Assembly (NCBI RefSeq): GCF_009914755.1
Contig: NC_060945.1
Length of the DNA: 64,000 nucleotides
Source of the DNA: the human T2T-CHM13v2.0 reference genome, Homo sapiens
Direction: 5' to 3' (one strand)
Made by a program: the position numbers and the translations under genes. Below are positions 40,549-56,250 of the stretch, in pieces. Positions within the stretch are counted from its first letter, which is position 1. Every line of letters begins with the position of its first letter. The notes under the pieces were generated by a model. That model ran no database searches. It saw only the letters and a program-made list of their open reading frames with translations, and was not told where the DNA came from.

Positions 40549-41189
40549 AAACAGCAAACACATTTAGGACTGTTACATCTTCTTGATAAACTGACCCTTT
40601 TTTATTGTGAAACATTTCCCTTTCTACCTGCTAATATTCATTGTCCTTACACCAGCTTTGTCTGGTATTGAGACATGTTGGCTTGCTAGGATCAGTATTT
40701 GCATGCCATATTTTTTCTCATTGTTTTACTTTTAACTGTCTGTGCCTTTGTATTTAAAGTGTTTCTCTAAAAGTAGCACGTGCTTTGAGTCGTGCTTTTG
40801 TTATCTTGTCTGGCAGTACATTTTTAACTGGAGTGTTAAATCTGTTTACACCTATTGTAATAACTGATTTGGTTGAGTTTATTCTTCCTTCTTCTTATAT
40901 GTTTTTTAATTGTCCCTCTCTTCTTTTATAGCTTTTCCTTTTCCTGCCTTAATATTTATCAGTTATTCCTTAGAATTTCATTTTATTTCCTCTTTATCTT
41001 TTAGCTCTGCTTTGTATTTTTGTTGTTTTAAAAATTTTAATATACAATTTTATCATTGTTCACTCAAACTTATATTACACCTTTTCACATTTACTATGAG
41101 GACCTTACAACAATATACTTCCATTTAACTGCTCCTTTTTGGGGAGGTCGTGTTGCCATATAATTAACTTCTGCACATGCTATCATAAG

Positions 41190-41312
41190 CCAGAAGGTAT
41201 CTGGTACAGGTCTCAGTCAATTTAGAGGTTTATTTTGCTAAGGTTAAAGACCATGGGCTATGACACAGCCTCGAGAGGTCCTGAGAACATGTGCCCAAAG
41301 TGTGGGTTTTAT
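41190..41312 (-). mobile_element. MER4-group (ERV1) LTR fragment
   Basis: CAGGTCTCAGTCAATTTAGAGGTTTATTTTGCTAAGGTT..GGTCCTGAGAACATGTGCCCAA. Confidence 0.65.
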
Positions 41313-41390
41313 ACTGTTTTCTGTTTTTGACACTCTGTACTCTTTCTCACGGATCTGAGTTTCCATCTGGCATCATTTTCTTCAGTCTGA

Positions 41391-41693
<303 letters not shown>

Positions 41694-42318
41694 GTGAACA
41701 TTTTTTGTAGTGCAGTTCTGCTAGGTATGAATTCTCTCCATTTTTATTGATTGATAATTTTGATGATGTCTTTATTTTGCCTTCATTTTGAAATTCTCTC
41801 TAAAATTTTAGGTTAGAGGTTTTGGGATTTTTTGCCCATATGTAATATGTCATTCCTTTGCCTCTGGCTTCCACTGTTTTTGATGAGAGGTCATTCCTTA
41901 CCCTGTTCATTCTCTTTGTGCAATGTATTTTTTTCCTATTGCTTTGAAAATTTTCTCTGTCTCTGATTTTCAGCAGTTTGACTAGAATGTGTGTGTATAT
42001 GGTTTTCTTCTCTTCTGTTTTTTTATGGGAGTTTGTTGAGCATCTTTATATGTGTGATTGACACTAGCCATCAAATTTAGAAAATGGTTAGCCATCATAT
42101 TTAACTTTTTCCCATTTCAGTCTTTCTTCTCTTCTGGGACTCCAGTTAAACATATTTTAGACCACTCACTATTGTCACGCAGGTCTCTCAGGTTCTGTTG
42201 TTTTATTTTTAAGCTTTTTTTTATCTATCTGTGCGTAGTTTGAATAGCGTCTGTTGATCTGTAGTTCCCTGGTTGCTTTGTATGCAGTATGTGTTCTGCT
42301 GCTAAGTCCATCCAGTGA

Positions 42319-42770
<452 letters not shown>

Positions 42771-43261
42771 TAATAGCTCCTTTAAAAGTACCTGCCCAAT
42801 AACCCCAATGTGTCTGCCATCTCTTTATTTTTATGGACTAAATTTGTTTTCTGATATTGGACCATGTTTTTCTGCATCTACATATGTGCAGTATTTTTTG
42901 TTTGTATGATGTTCGTTGGATAGTCGTGCATCGCTTAATGACAGGGACACATGCTGAGAAATGTGTTGTTAGGCAATTTCCTCCCTGTGTGAACATCATG
43001 GTGTGGACTTACACAAACCTAGCTGGTGCAGCCCACTACACACCTAGGCTGTATGGTACAGCCTATTGGTCTTAGGCTACAAAGCTGTGTAGTGCATGAC
43101 TGTGCTGAATACTGTACGCAGTTGTGACACAGTGGCAATTGTGTGTTTAAACACTTCGAAACATAGAAAAGGTGAAGTAAAAATACAGTATAAAACATAA
43201 AGAATGGCACACCTGGGTAGGGCATTTATGAATGGAGCTGGCAGGACTGGAGGTTGCTCTG

Positions 43262-44763
43262 GGTGAGTGAGTGGTGGGTGAGTGGTGAGTGAGCTAGTGA
43301 GTGGTGAGTGGTGAGTGAGCTGGTGAGTGGTGAGCTAGTGAGTGGTGAGTGAGTGGTGAATAGTGAGTAGTGAGTGGTGGGTGAGTGGTGAGTGATGAGT
43401 GGTAAGTGGTGAGTGAGTGGTGAGTGGTGACTGAGTGATGAGTGGTGAGTGGTGAGTGGTGAGTGATGAGTGGTGAGTGAGTGATGAGTGGTGAGTGAGT
43501 GGTGAGTGATGAGTGATGAGTGGTGAGTGGTGAGTGATGAGTGGTGAGTGAGTGATGAGTGGTGAGTGGTGAGTGATGAGTGGTGAGTGGTGAGTGAGTG
43601 GTGAGTGGTGAGTGATGAGTGGTGAGTGAGTGGTGAGTGATGAGTGGTGAGTGATGAGTGAGTGGTGAGTGGTGAGTGAGTGGTGAGTGATGAGTGAGTG
43701 GTGAGTGGTGAGTGGTGAGTGATGAGTGGTGAGTGAGTGGTGAGTGGTGAGTGAGTGGTGAGTGGTGAGTGAGTGGTGAGTGATGAGTGAGTGGTGAGTG
43801 ATGAGTGGTGACTGGTGAGTGAGTGGTGAGTGATGAGTGGTGAGTGAGTGGTGAGTGAGTGGTGAGTGATGAGTGAGTGGTGAGTAGTGAGTGATGAGTG
43901 GTGAGTGAGTGGTGAGTGGTGAGTGATGAGTGAGTGGTGAGTGAGTGGTGAGTGGTGAGTGAGTGGTGAGTGATGAGTGAGTGGTGAGTGAGTGATGAGT
44001 GGTGAGTGGTGAGTGGTGAGTGAGTGATGAGTGATGGGTGAGTGGTGAGTGATGAGTGAGTGGTGAGTGAGTGGTGAGTGGTGAGTGAGTGGTGAGTGAT
44101 GAGTGAGTGGTGAGTAGTGAGTGATGAGTGGTGAGTGGTGAGTGAGTGGTGAGTGGTGAGTGGTGAGTGAGTGGTGAGTGATGAGTGAGTGGTGAGTGAG
44201 TGGTGAGTGAGTGGTGAGTAGTGAGTGATGAGTGGTGAGTGGTGAGTGAGTGGTGAGTGGTGAGTGAGTGATGAGTGAGTGGTGAGTGATGAGTGGTGAG
44301 TGGTGAGTGATGAGTGAGTGGTGAGTGAGTGGTGAGTGGTGAGTGAGTGGTGAGTGATGAGTGAGTGGTGAGTGGTGAGTCAGTGGTGAGTGGTGAGTGA
44401 GTGATGAGTGATGGGTGAGTGGTGAGTGATGAGTGAGTGGTGAGTGAGTGGTGAGTGATGAGTGAGTGGTGAGTAGTGAGTGATGAGTGGTGAGTGGTGA
44501 GTGAGTGGTGAGTGGTGAGTGAGTGGTGAGTGGTGAGTGAGTGGTGAGTAGTGAGTGGTGAGTGGTGAGTGAGTGGTGAGTGGTGAGTGAGTGATGAGTG
44601 AGTGGTGAGTGATGAGTGGTGAGTGGTGAGTGAGTGGTGAGTGGTGAGTGAGTGGTGAGTGGTGAGTGAGTGGTGAGTGGTGAGTCAGTGGTGAGTGGTG
44701 AGTGGTGAGTGAGTGGTAAGTGGTGAGTGAGTGGTGAGTGGTGGGTGAGTGAGTGATGAGTGA
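43262..44763. repeat. About 1.5-kb low-complexity array of GAGT, GAGTGGT and GAGTGAT units
   Basis: Read directly; almost no C on the plus strand. Confidence 0.98.
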
Positions 44764-45036
44764 ATCTGAAGGCCAGGACATTACTGTGCACTGCTGTAGA
44801 CTTCATAAGTACTGTACACTTGGGATATGCTAAATTTATGATATAACAAAATTTATTTCTTCAATAATAAATTAACCTTAGCTTACTCTAACTTTTTTGC
44901 TTTATAAACCTTTAGATTTATTTTTTAACTTTTGACTCTTTTGTAATAACACTTAGCTTAAAACACAAACACATTGTATGCAGCTACGCCAAAATATTTT
45001 CTTTATGTTTTTATAAGAATTTTTCATGTTTAAGAT

Positions 45037-45145
45037 CCCCTTCCCCTTCCCCCTCCCCGTCCCCTGCCCCTCCCCTCCCTCTCCCTCCTCCCCTTCCCCC
45101 TCCCCTCCCCTCCCCTCCCCTCCCCTCCCCTCCCCTCCCCTCCCC
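45037..45145. repeat. (CCCCT)n polypyrimidine tract
   Basis: Read directly; G-runs on the minus strand. Confidence 0.95.
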
Positions 45146-46479
45146 TTTTGTTAAAAACTGAGACACACACACACACTTTAGCCTAGGCCTGCACAGGGTC
45201 AGAATCGTGCATGCCACTGTCTTCCACCTCCACGCCTTGTCCCGCTGGAAGGTCCTCAGGGGCAGTAACAGGCGTGGAGCTGTCCTCTGCTGTGATCACA
45301 GTGCCTGCTTCTTGACACCTCCTGAGAGACCTGACTGAGGCTGTTCTATGTTAACTTTTTTTTTTTTTAATAAATAGAAGGAGTACACTAGAATAATGGT
45401 AAAAATATAGTATAGTAAATACACAAACCAGTAACACCATCGTTTATTATCATCGTCAGGTATTACTATTGTAAGTAATTGTACGAGTTACGCTCTGATG
45501 TGACTGGCAGGGCAGCAGGTGAGTTTACACCAGTATCACCACAGGCGTGGGGGGAGCCAGCTGCACTCCTTCCTAAGGAGGCCACAGCGTTGCAGGGTGA
45601 TGGGACTTTTCAGCTCCATTCTAATTTTAAGGGACGGCTGTGGTATATGGCACGTCTGTTGTTGCCTGAAATGCCGTTGTGTGGCACGTGACTATATATG
45701 CTACGCTGTTAAGAATTTGGGGTGTTGTGTTTGTTGTTTTTGGTTTTTATTTCTGCAGGCATCTAATTTACCGAAACTTCATGTCATGGCTCGGTCGAAC
45801 TTTGTCAAGGAAAGTCTTCACTATCCCTTCCTCTAGAACTTAACGTTGTCCTCCTCCTAAGGTGTAGCCTTTCATGGGTCTCAAGTGAACACCCTGGATG
45901 CTGAGTGAGGGGCCTCCACTGTGGCTGTGAGCAGTCCCCGCCTCGTGGTACCACATGACATTTAGCGTGTCTGTTCACCTCATACTCCCCAGTAGTTCTG
46001 TCTCTCTCTGCCATTCCTCATGGAGTCCTTGCGTGCACAGCATAGTATTTGGCCAACATCTTCCTGCAGTTTGGGGGCCCCGTCTCCTCTTAGCTCTTGC
46101 CTCTGCTGTCCCCATCTCCCATATTCCAGCTGCTGCCGCAGCCCCCATGCTTGCCTTTTGTCCTCAGCCCCCCAGCGAGGCAGCAGCTTGTGTGTGTGCT
46201 GCACTGCCGTGAGCAGCAACTTGACAGTGGACGCAGCTAGAAAGCAGCCGGCGAGGAGCTCAGCGTGTGTCTCCGCCGGGTGAAAGATCACAGTCCTGCA
46301 CCCTGCTGTGCAATGCTCGAACACACTTGCTTCTTATTTCTGTCCAATTCTTAAGGTTTTTACTGTGGGATCATAAGTCCTTACTCCTTCATGGTTGGAA
46401 TCAAAATCTAAAACCTTGTGGTTTCCATTTTCAGTTGATGATATCCTTATGAACTCAGGATTTATTTCACTTTTGAAAA

Positions 46480-47920
<1,441 letters not shown>

Positions 47921-49975
47921 ACAAAGCAGTCGGAGTCCCTGAAGACTGTCCTGTGACAGAGCAGGAAGGGCTCCCTTAGCTCTGAGGGAAAGCGCTGGTT
48001 ATGTATTTGCTCTTCTCCCAAGAACACACAGTCTAATTTTGATCCTCTTTACAGACGGGATGAAGGGCATGTTCATCAAGTAAGCGGATGCAGGTGCAGA
48101 GACCACACCTGGCACGACACTGCCGTTGGGCACCCCAAGGCCGAGGCCGGCAGCCACTGTTGTCCCCAGAGTCCATCTGGTTTCTAGAGTGGAAAATGGA
48201 AAGGGGTCAAACCGCCCACGCAGCCCTGAAGTCCTTGATGGTAGTGTAGATTCTACAGTCTTCCCCAGGTGCTATCTTGGCTGAGGTGGGGAAGGCTCCT
48301 GGGGACTGTACTTGGCCTTTTCTGCCTTAATATCCTGCTCAAGGCCGGGGCCAGAGGGCTTGTCTGGCAGCTGCTGGGCGCCTCTGTCCAGTGCTGTACC
48401 AGAACGTCTAGCAGATGGGTGTGCGGGCACAGGGCCTCTGCCAGATGGACTCGGGCCAAGCTCCGTCTGTCATGTTAATTGTGGGTCCATGATGGTGTCT
48501 GAGTCCCCTGGAGTGGGCAGGAGCTCAGGCCCCAGACCCAGCCATTGTCTGAAGGTCCAGGGCCTGGCCACTCACTCTGCCCATCATGCTGTCACTCCAG
48601 GCAGTTACTCAGGCCCGCTGGGGAAGGTGGGGTGAATGTTTGCTCTACACCGCAGGACTGTTGCGGGTCTTCCCTGGAGACTGGGTCTCCGTTTCAGCCA
48701 CTGGCTCTGACCCATGGACCAGCTCAGACCTCATCTCCTCTGAAGGGAGTGGCGCTGGCCTTTTCCTGGCTCTCGGCTATGTGTGGGATGATGCTGGCCT
48801 TCTCCCGGCTGTCAGGTGTTTTTGGTGTGTCCATGTCAAGTGTATCCGCCCTGGGAACACCCAGTCCGGCTGCCATGGCAGTGGGCACCACGGGCCAGCA
48901 CACCTTTGCTGCCTGTGAGGTCGTTGCGCCTACCTGGCCCCATGGGCCCCATTTTATCTCGTCGCTTTGCTGTCTGGGAACTTTGTCACCCACGGATAGG
49001 AGTGCCAGGCCCAGGAGGATGTCACGCAGTGTTGGCACTTCAGCTTGGCTGCTGTTCTCCCGCAATCCTTGTGAGGGCCTGTGATGACCCAGGTCAGGAT
49101 AGGACAGGTGGCTTGGGTTCTGCGGGCCACACGGTCTGCAGTGTGCGTGGCCTTGACCTGGTGCTGGAAGGCAGCTGCAGACCACGAGTCAAGGAGGGGG
49201 TGAGACTGTGCTCCGGGGAAACGTGGATTGTGGATATGGGCAGCCAGCGGGGCCTGCAGACCCCTGGGTTAGAGCCAAGCCCCAGAGGCACCTTGGTTTC
49301 TGAGAAGCCAGAGGAGGGAGTTCCTGGGACCTGGGGGATGACCATGGACCTCTGCTGCCACCTCGTGGCAGGGCTGACGTATCTGAGCCACGTCCTTTTC
49401 TCCCGGTTTAGAAATATCCTGGTGGGAGGCGCTTTTTCATCCTTGCAGCAGACAGGCAGCTCTGTTGGCCACACGATCTGGGCTGTGTGCCCCGCCTTCA
49501 GCAGAGGCCCTCAGGACCCTGCGGGATACAGCCTCGAGAGGACAGAGCCTCAGACTCTGAAGGCCACAGCAGTGATAGCACACCTGTGTCTGAGGAGTGC
49601 GTTCTGAGAGGAGACCCGGCCCCTCGTCCTTGTCCATCCATGTGGCTTCTGCAAAGCACCCTTGTCTTGCAGAGCCAGCGAGCCTGGCGTTGTGACCTGG
49701 GCTAACTTGGTACCTTTTCTCTTTTTAGAGGCAGAATCCTTTCTTGAGAACAGCATCTTTCAACTCTTGACCTGCTCCCCCTTCCCGGTTCCCACTTTTT
49801 GCCTGGCAGGCTGGGAGGGACCCCCTCTCCTGTGCAGCCTCTCCCTAATCCTGGATTCCGCAGGGGCTCCAAGACCCTCAGGGTCGCCAGTGACTCCTGG
49901 GTCACACTGGCCCAGCACACACTGAGCTCCAGCCTGATGTCCAGCCCAGGAGGTCCTCAACTGAGGTCCAGTACC

Positions 49976-50214
49976 CCCCTGCACCACGCTGTGGGCCCCG
50001 CACCCTCCCCCAACTCTTTTCTACAACACTCTTCCCCCTGCACCGTGCTGTGGGCCCCGCACCTTCCCCCAACTCTTTTCTAGAACACTCTTCCCCCTGC
50101 ACCACGCTGTGGGCCCTGTGCCTTCCCCTAACTCATTTCTAGAATACTCTTCCCTGCCTGCACCCTGCTGTGGGCCCCGCCCCCTCCCCTAACTCATTTC
50201 TAGAACTCTCTTCC
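49976..50214. repeat. About 59-bp minisatellite, 4 copies
   Basis: GCACC..GCTGTGGGCCC..AACTC.TTTCTAGAA..CTCTTCC at 49981, 50040, 50099 and 50160. Confidence 0.95.
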
Positions 50215-51109
50215 TCACCTGTCTCCCTGGTTCTTGTTCTGGCTTCTCCACGGGACCCTCCTGTCCTCCCGTGTGATGCTGACTGCTCGTGACATGTTGC
50301 AGCCTGTCTCTGCTCCCTTCCCTGCTCTTGTCACTTCTTGCTGGTGCTCTGTGGCTGTCATGCAGACTGGGGTTGGGGTTCTGTTCCCTCTACTGTACTG
50401 GAGCTCCAGGTCATGGGAGGCAGCAGAGCCCAGCCCTGGCCCTTCGAGCTTCCGTCCTGCAAGCACCGGCAGTGTCAGGGAGGCACCGCCCAGGGGAGGC
50501 TCCTCCTTAGGGTGCATTGTCACTCGGCGTTTCCGACACCTGCTCTCATCATTTTCCTACCTTCTCTTTCCTGACAACTTAGATATTTATCAGACCCCAA
50601 AATCATGAGCCTTGAGAAATGATATTCCACATGCTCATCCTCTGGAGGACACCTGGAACTGAGCTTGCTTCCCTGCTCACCCTGGGAAGTGGTTTCACAA
50701 TGTCCCTCAACGTGTGACTATCACCCATAGCCTCCGGTATCTCTCTGTGTTCAGTGTGAGGCCATTTGCTCGTTTGACCCTTTTGAAGGTCAGGAGAAGC
50801 TGGCAGGACTCCTGCAGGCACAGGCACCGGCACCGTCATCCTGGGAGCCATCGGGGTCCTCAGCCCCCACTGCAGCCTGAGCCTTTCCTCTGGCCACACT
50901 GTCCATTTCTTTAGCTCCTCTTTTGCCTTTTCTGGGGCCTTCTCCGGTGTTCTGCGTTCTTTTAAATGTTTCATGGTTAAAACTGGACACATCCCCCAAG
51001 AAGCTATAAATCAACCATAGCAAGAACTGATCTCTTTCCAGGTGACTATAAAAATGATTTTTTAAAAATGGTTCTTTAAAAATTGTCAGTTAAGCAGATA
51101 ACAGACCCA

Positions 51110-51355
51110 AGACAGGGCCAGGAGAGTGAGGGGCGGATATGGCATGGGACAGGGTTAGGAGAGCAAGGGGTGGACCTGGCATGGGACAGGATTAGGAGAG
51201 CAAGGGGCGGACCCAGCACAGGATAGGGCCAGGAGAGCAAGGGGCGGACCCGGCATGGGACAGGGTTAGGAGAGTGAGGGGCGGACCCAGCAGGGGACAG
51301 GGTTAGGAGAGTGAGGGACAGGGTTAGGTGCACGAGGGGCAGACCTGGCACAGGA
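51110..51355. repeat. About 40-bp G-rich minisatellite (GGCATGGGACAGGGTTAGGAGAGTGAGGGGCGGACC), ~6 degenerate copies
   Basis: Read directly. Confidence 0.85.
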
Positions 51356-52334
51356 CACACCCATCTTGGTTGTGAGTTTCTGACTCTTCTTGGTTTTGGT
51401 GACCTTGACTGTCCTGAGCAGGACTAATCAGGCATTTTTCAGGCTATCCCTCTGCTGGGATCTGTCTGATGCTTTTCTCATGGGTACAGGAAGGGGCTAT
51501 GAGTTTGAGGAGGAAGCCCCCAGAGGTGAAGTACCACTGTCACCCCATGGTATCGGGCACACCCTGTCACTGTGACTCACATGTGAGGCTGACCTGGGCC
51601 CTAGCGGGGGGTAAGGTCTTCCCCCTCCATGCTGTCCTCTTATAGGACATCGGTCTGTGCAACCTAAGGGTGAGATAAGATTGTAGTTTTATTCAACTCT
51701 TACTTTTAAAATTTTACAAGGACTCACATTGGCGTAGTGGGTGAGATTAGAATTAGACTTTTTAACTTTCTGGCCTAAAACTGATTGTACTGGCACCTTT
51801 TGTGAAATGACCTCTGCAGTCCCCATGACCCCTCAGGTCAGTCACCTCTGTTCCCTGCATGTCGTCCTCCCCAGCGCCCGCTGGCATGGCTGCTCTGCTG
51901 TGCCAGGAACACAGGGTTTCAGAGTTTCAGAAAACGTCGGCCTTAATTCCTTCAGGGGACCTTCCACACTGTGCAGCTCCAGGAGAAGTCCTGCTGGGGA
52001 TTCGGTTGAGGTGGTGTCTGGTCTCTTCATGAGTGGAAAGTGCAGCCGTTTAACCCCCTTGACCTCCCACCCCAGGCGTGGACTTTCCGCTGTGCAGATT
52101 CCCTTTCATGTCCCGCAGAACCACGCGTGTCCGTTCTTCTGAGAGTTTTTTCCTGGTCCTCACACAGTGTGTGGGCTTGGCATGGGCTGCGATCTTTGGC
52201 TCTGTGATTCACTGACTCACCCAAAGGGGTGGCCGACGGGTTCCTGCAGGGCAGCTGTGGCAATTCAGGGCCCATGGGCCTGGGTTCAGGGATGCTCCTC
52301 AAAGAGTGTGGCAAAGGACCCCAGGCAAAGTAGG

Positions 52335-52656
<322 letters not shown>

Positions 52657-53251
52657 TGTTTGTTTCTTTTAAATAAATGCTTCTCAATTTATAATGTGTC
52701 TTTAGTTGATTTCCAGCATCCTAAAGTGGCTATTTTTGATGGTTTCATCCCATTTGTCATTGTCTTGGGCAGGGGATGTGCTGAGCCCCTCACTCTGCCT
52801 CCTGGGAGTCCTGCCTCCTGCATCATTTCTCTCGGACACTCAGGACAAGTCTAAGGATCACATCACTGCCCTCAGGTGCAAGTCCCTTTCCAGAGCACAT
52901 GTGCTTTTAGAACACTCCGAGTTTTGCTGTGTTTTAGATCTCATTCCCTTCTTTTTCTACATTTGTTCCATTGTCTAACTAAGAGACTCAGGGCATCAGG
53001 CAAGTCATGTCAGAAAGGTTGGCTTTAGAAGCCACATCCCAGAATTCCTAAACTTAATCATGGAAGGAGGGGGCAGACTGACAACGCATTCCCTATGTCC
53101 TCTAAAGAGATTTCTCCCGTTGGGATTGCTTTATCCCCAGAGGTGTGCTGTAGAACCAGCCTGTGTTCACAGTAAATCTCTGCTTCCGCAACAGCGGTGA
53201 GCTCTCAGCCCTCCCTGCCCTGGTCTTGTCTCTAGGGCCTGTGGGTCTTTG

Positions 53252-53320
53252 TGGACTGATGGTGTGGGTGGGTTTCTGAGGGTCTGCATGGACTCATGGT
53301 GTGGATGGGTTTCTGAGGGT
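53252..53320. repeat. 37-bp tandem duplication
   Basis: TGGACT.ATGGTGTGG.TGGGTTTCTGAGGGT twice. Confidence 0.9.
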
Positions 53321-54604
53321 GTTGGTAGCAGTAACGGTTCCACATGATGAAACCCAGATGGCTGCTCCCCACTGTGCATCCACCCGGATTCACCCGCTGC
53401 TTTGCTGGCTGATGTCTACAAGGACATAGATGGCCTGCATCTGGCGGGGGCTGCAGGAAAGCTGGCAGGACATGGGGCCATTAGAAGAGGTGTGAGACTG
53501 TCATCAGCAGTAAAAAGTGGAACAGCCCAGGGAGCCCTCTTGTGAGTTTATGGCTTAAAGTCCAAGTACAACTTCGTTTGAAAGAAATGCCTTCCTCCTG
53601 AGAAAACATTGACAAGCCTGCAAGCCCTGCACCCTGCAGGTGGGCAGCTGCAGAGAAGGGGCACCCTGGTACCTGGCAGGGGGCCTCAGCCCTGGCCTGC
53701 ATACAGCAGGTGTCCCTGCATTGGCTCTGAGCTTGTGCCACACAGGAGGTAGCTGTGATGCCAAGCCCTTGCTCTGAGGTTCTAATTGCTGTGGTCTTGG
53801 TGGTTCAGGGATGTTTGCGAGCTCCTGAGTGACTCCGAAGTAAAAGCAAGGCTAGGTCACCACAGAATCTAGATGACATTCTCAGCGCCTTCCTGGGAGT
53901 AAGTGGCTGCCTCGGCCACTGCTGCCTGTCTGCATGGCTGCTCTGTGGAGCCTGGCCCTCCTCCCTGATCGTCATCTCTTAGGAAATGAGGCAAGGGAGA
54001 GTGTCCCCGCCGCCGTGGAGAGCCCAGGACCTGAGCGCTCAGCTGGCCCTCCTGTGTGACCCGTGTCCTGCCTGCCGCCCAGCACCCTTCTGTCTTGTCC
54101 CTCAACCCATGGCTGGTGATTTTGGGAGGGGTCTGCCACTCCTGGCGGCTCAACAGGCTCCTCCCTCCCAGTTGGCAGATCAGTGTCACCGTGGATGAGT
54201 TTCCTTCAGATTGTTTTTCTGTATTAGACGGAGGAAACCCTTTCTTATTTTTCAGGGCTCATATAGATCATTATTTCTTTTTGCATCTCAGTAGGAATTC
54301 TGCAATTCAGTAGGGAAATGCTGGAAACTGGGAGGAGGGAAGACTCCTCACTTTGTCTGGGGAGGGGAAGTTCTCTCAGGCAGGGCATCGAGGTTGCCCC
54401 AGCAGAGGTGGGGTTGGTGGTGGGACGTGGGGGCGCATGTGGAATCTTTCACAGGGAGGGATTCAGTGCATACAGTGACATGGAAATAAATCCAAATGAC
54501 TTTTTCCTTATTTTAACTATTAGTATTAAAATACATTTACTTCCAAGTTACTACCTATGAAAGAAAAAAATATATAACTAAAGAGGAAAGAAAAAAGCAG
54601 TGAG

Positions 54605-54899
<295 letters not shown>

Positions 54900-55154
54900 A
54901 AAGCAGTGAGAATGAGACAAGTCCAGGTGTCATGTTACCTCAATGCATTTGAACGGTTCAACTTTCCTGTTAAAAGACAGGCACAAGAGCTGCTCTGATC
55001 CACATAACGCAGGTGAATGTGAGGATAACTACACTCAGTGAAAGAAGCTTGACATGAATGAGTCTAAACTCTGATTTCACGCATGCAAAATTCTAGGTGT
55101 GTGAAGTACTCTGTGGTGACGTGAAGCAGATGCGTGGCCTTCAGCTTTTAGGAG

Positions 55155-56250
55155 GATGGAGTCAGGGTGCCTTCCCTGTCCTCCCCACCAGGCATGACAA
55201 AGGTGCTGGGTATTTTATATAAAACATGCATAAAAGATTCTGAAAGGTGGGAAGAAGAAGGCCAGCCAGCCACATACCTCAGGACCCATGGGACGACATG
55301 GTGGTGAGTTCCCTGGGTCATTTGTTCCAGATGGGGCACTGGACAAGTCAGAAAACTGGAAACGCCAGTGGGTACAGGCAAAAAGCAAACAAGAAAATAA
55401 AATTCTAACAAACTCTGTTCTCTCTAACCAGAGGAGGAGGAAAGGGGCAGCCTAGCCGGACAGAACAAAACGTGCTCTGCCTTGGCCAGACCTCCCCAAA
55501 ACTGTGGCCACAGCCTCCCCCGAGTCAGGAAAGGCCAAGTGGAGAGTTGAGGCTTCTGCTTGTACCCACCCGTGTCAAGGTGCTCCAGTCCACACCATGG
55601 GGGCATCAAGGAGGCTGACAGGGACACGTACTCCCAGCTGAGCCAGGGAGCATCAGGGAGGCTGATGGGGACATGTACTCCCAGCTGAGCCAGGCTCTCA
55701 AGAGCGCTCCCCACTCCCGCGTCCCTGGGGACCACACGGGGACTGGAGCTCCCTACCTGCTCAGGATCTCCTTCCCATTTGGGCATCAGCTGAGGGACAA
55801 GGAGCCCTTCCCATCTGGGCATCAGCTGAGGCCAGGGGCGGAACCTAGATGCCTCTTCTAACCTGGCGGCAATGAGGCAGCACACCTCTGCCCCCGCTGC
55901 GATGGTGTCGGAGGAGGCCGGTGAAAATGAGATAAAAGAAGATCTGGACATGATCATCACGTCACATCACATGGCCAGGTTTCAACTGCAGGTCCTCACA
56001 CACGCCAAGAACCAGGAAGACTCCAGTTCAGCTGACAAAAGGCAATCGACAGACACCAACACCAACACCCAGATGACATGGGCACCGAAGTTACCCAACA
56101 GGGCTTTTAAAAAAGACATCATAAAGATGCTTCAGTGAGCCGTCACCAGCTCTACACAGTGAGGAAGTGGAAAGTCTCAGCCAAGCGAAGACGGAGGGCC
56201 AACCAAGTCGAGGTTTCAGAACTGAAAGTACAGCCACCAGAATTTAGAAA
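55155..56250 (+). mobile_element. L1MD-type 5' end (5'UTR plus ORF1 start remnant)
   Basis: TATATAAAACATGCATAAAAGATTCTGAAAGGTGG..GACATGGTGGTGAGTTCCCTGGG; peptide TQMTWAPKLPNRAFKKDIIKMLQ. Confidence 0.7.

Larger units (their letters stand above)
42921..45694. mobile_element. Tigger3b-like non-autonomous DNA transposon, inflated by internal repeats
   Basis: Ends TAGTCGTGCATCGCTTAATGAC and GTTGTGTGGCACGTGACTA; internal CTACACACCTAGGCTGTATGG, GGACTGGAGGTTGCTCTGGGTGAG and GAAGGCCAGGACATTACTGTG. Confidence 0.88.

Noticed and set aside
43226-44806. 526-aa His/Thr/Ser/Pro/Leu ORF
   Set aside because: Translation of the GAGT/GGT array inside a Tigger element
48816-49607. 263-aa plus-strand ORF
   Set aside because: Non-ATG start, no recognisable domain; explained by GC richness or as the antisense shadow of the minus-strand block
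49976-50214. CRISPR-like array or heat-shock element cluster
   Set aside because: Primate DNA, head-to-tail units with no unique spacers and no cas genes; TTCTAGAA gives only two perfect nGAAn pentamers
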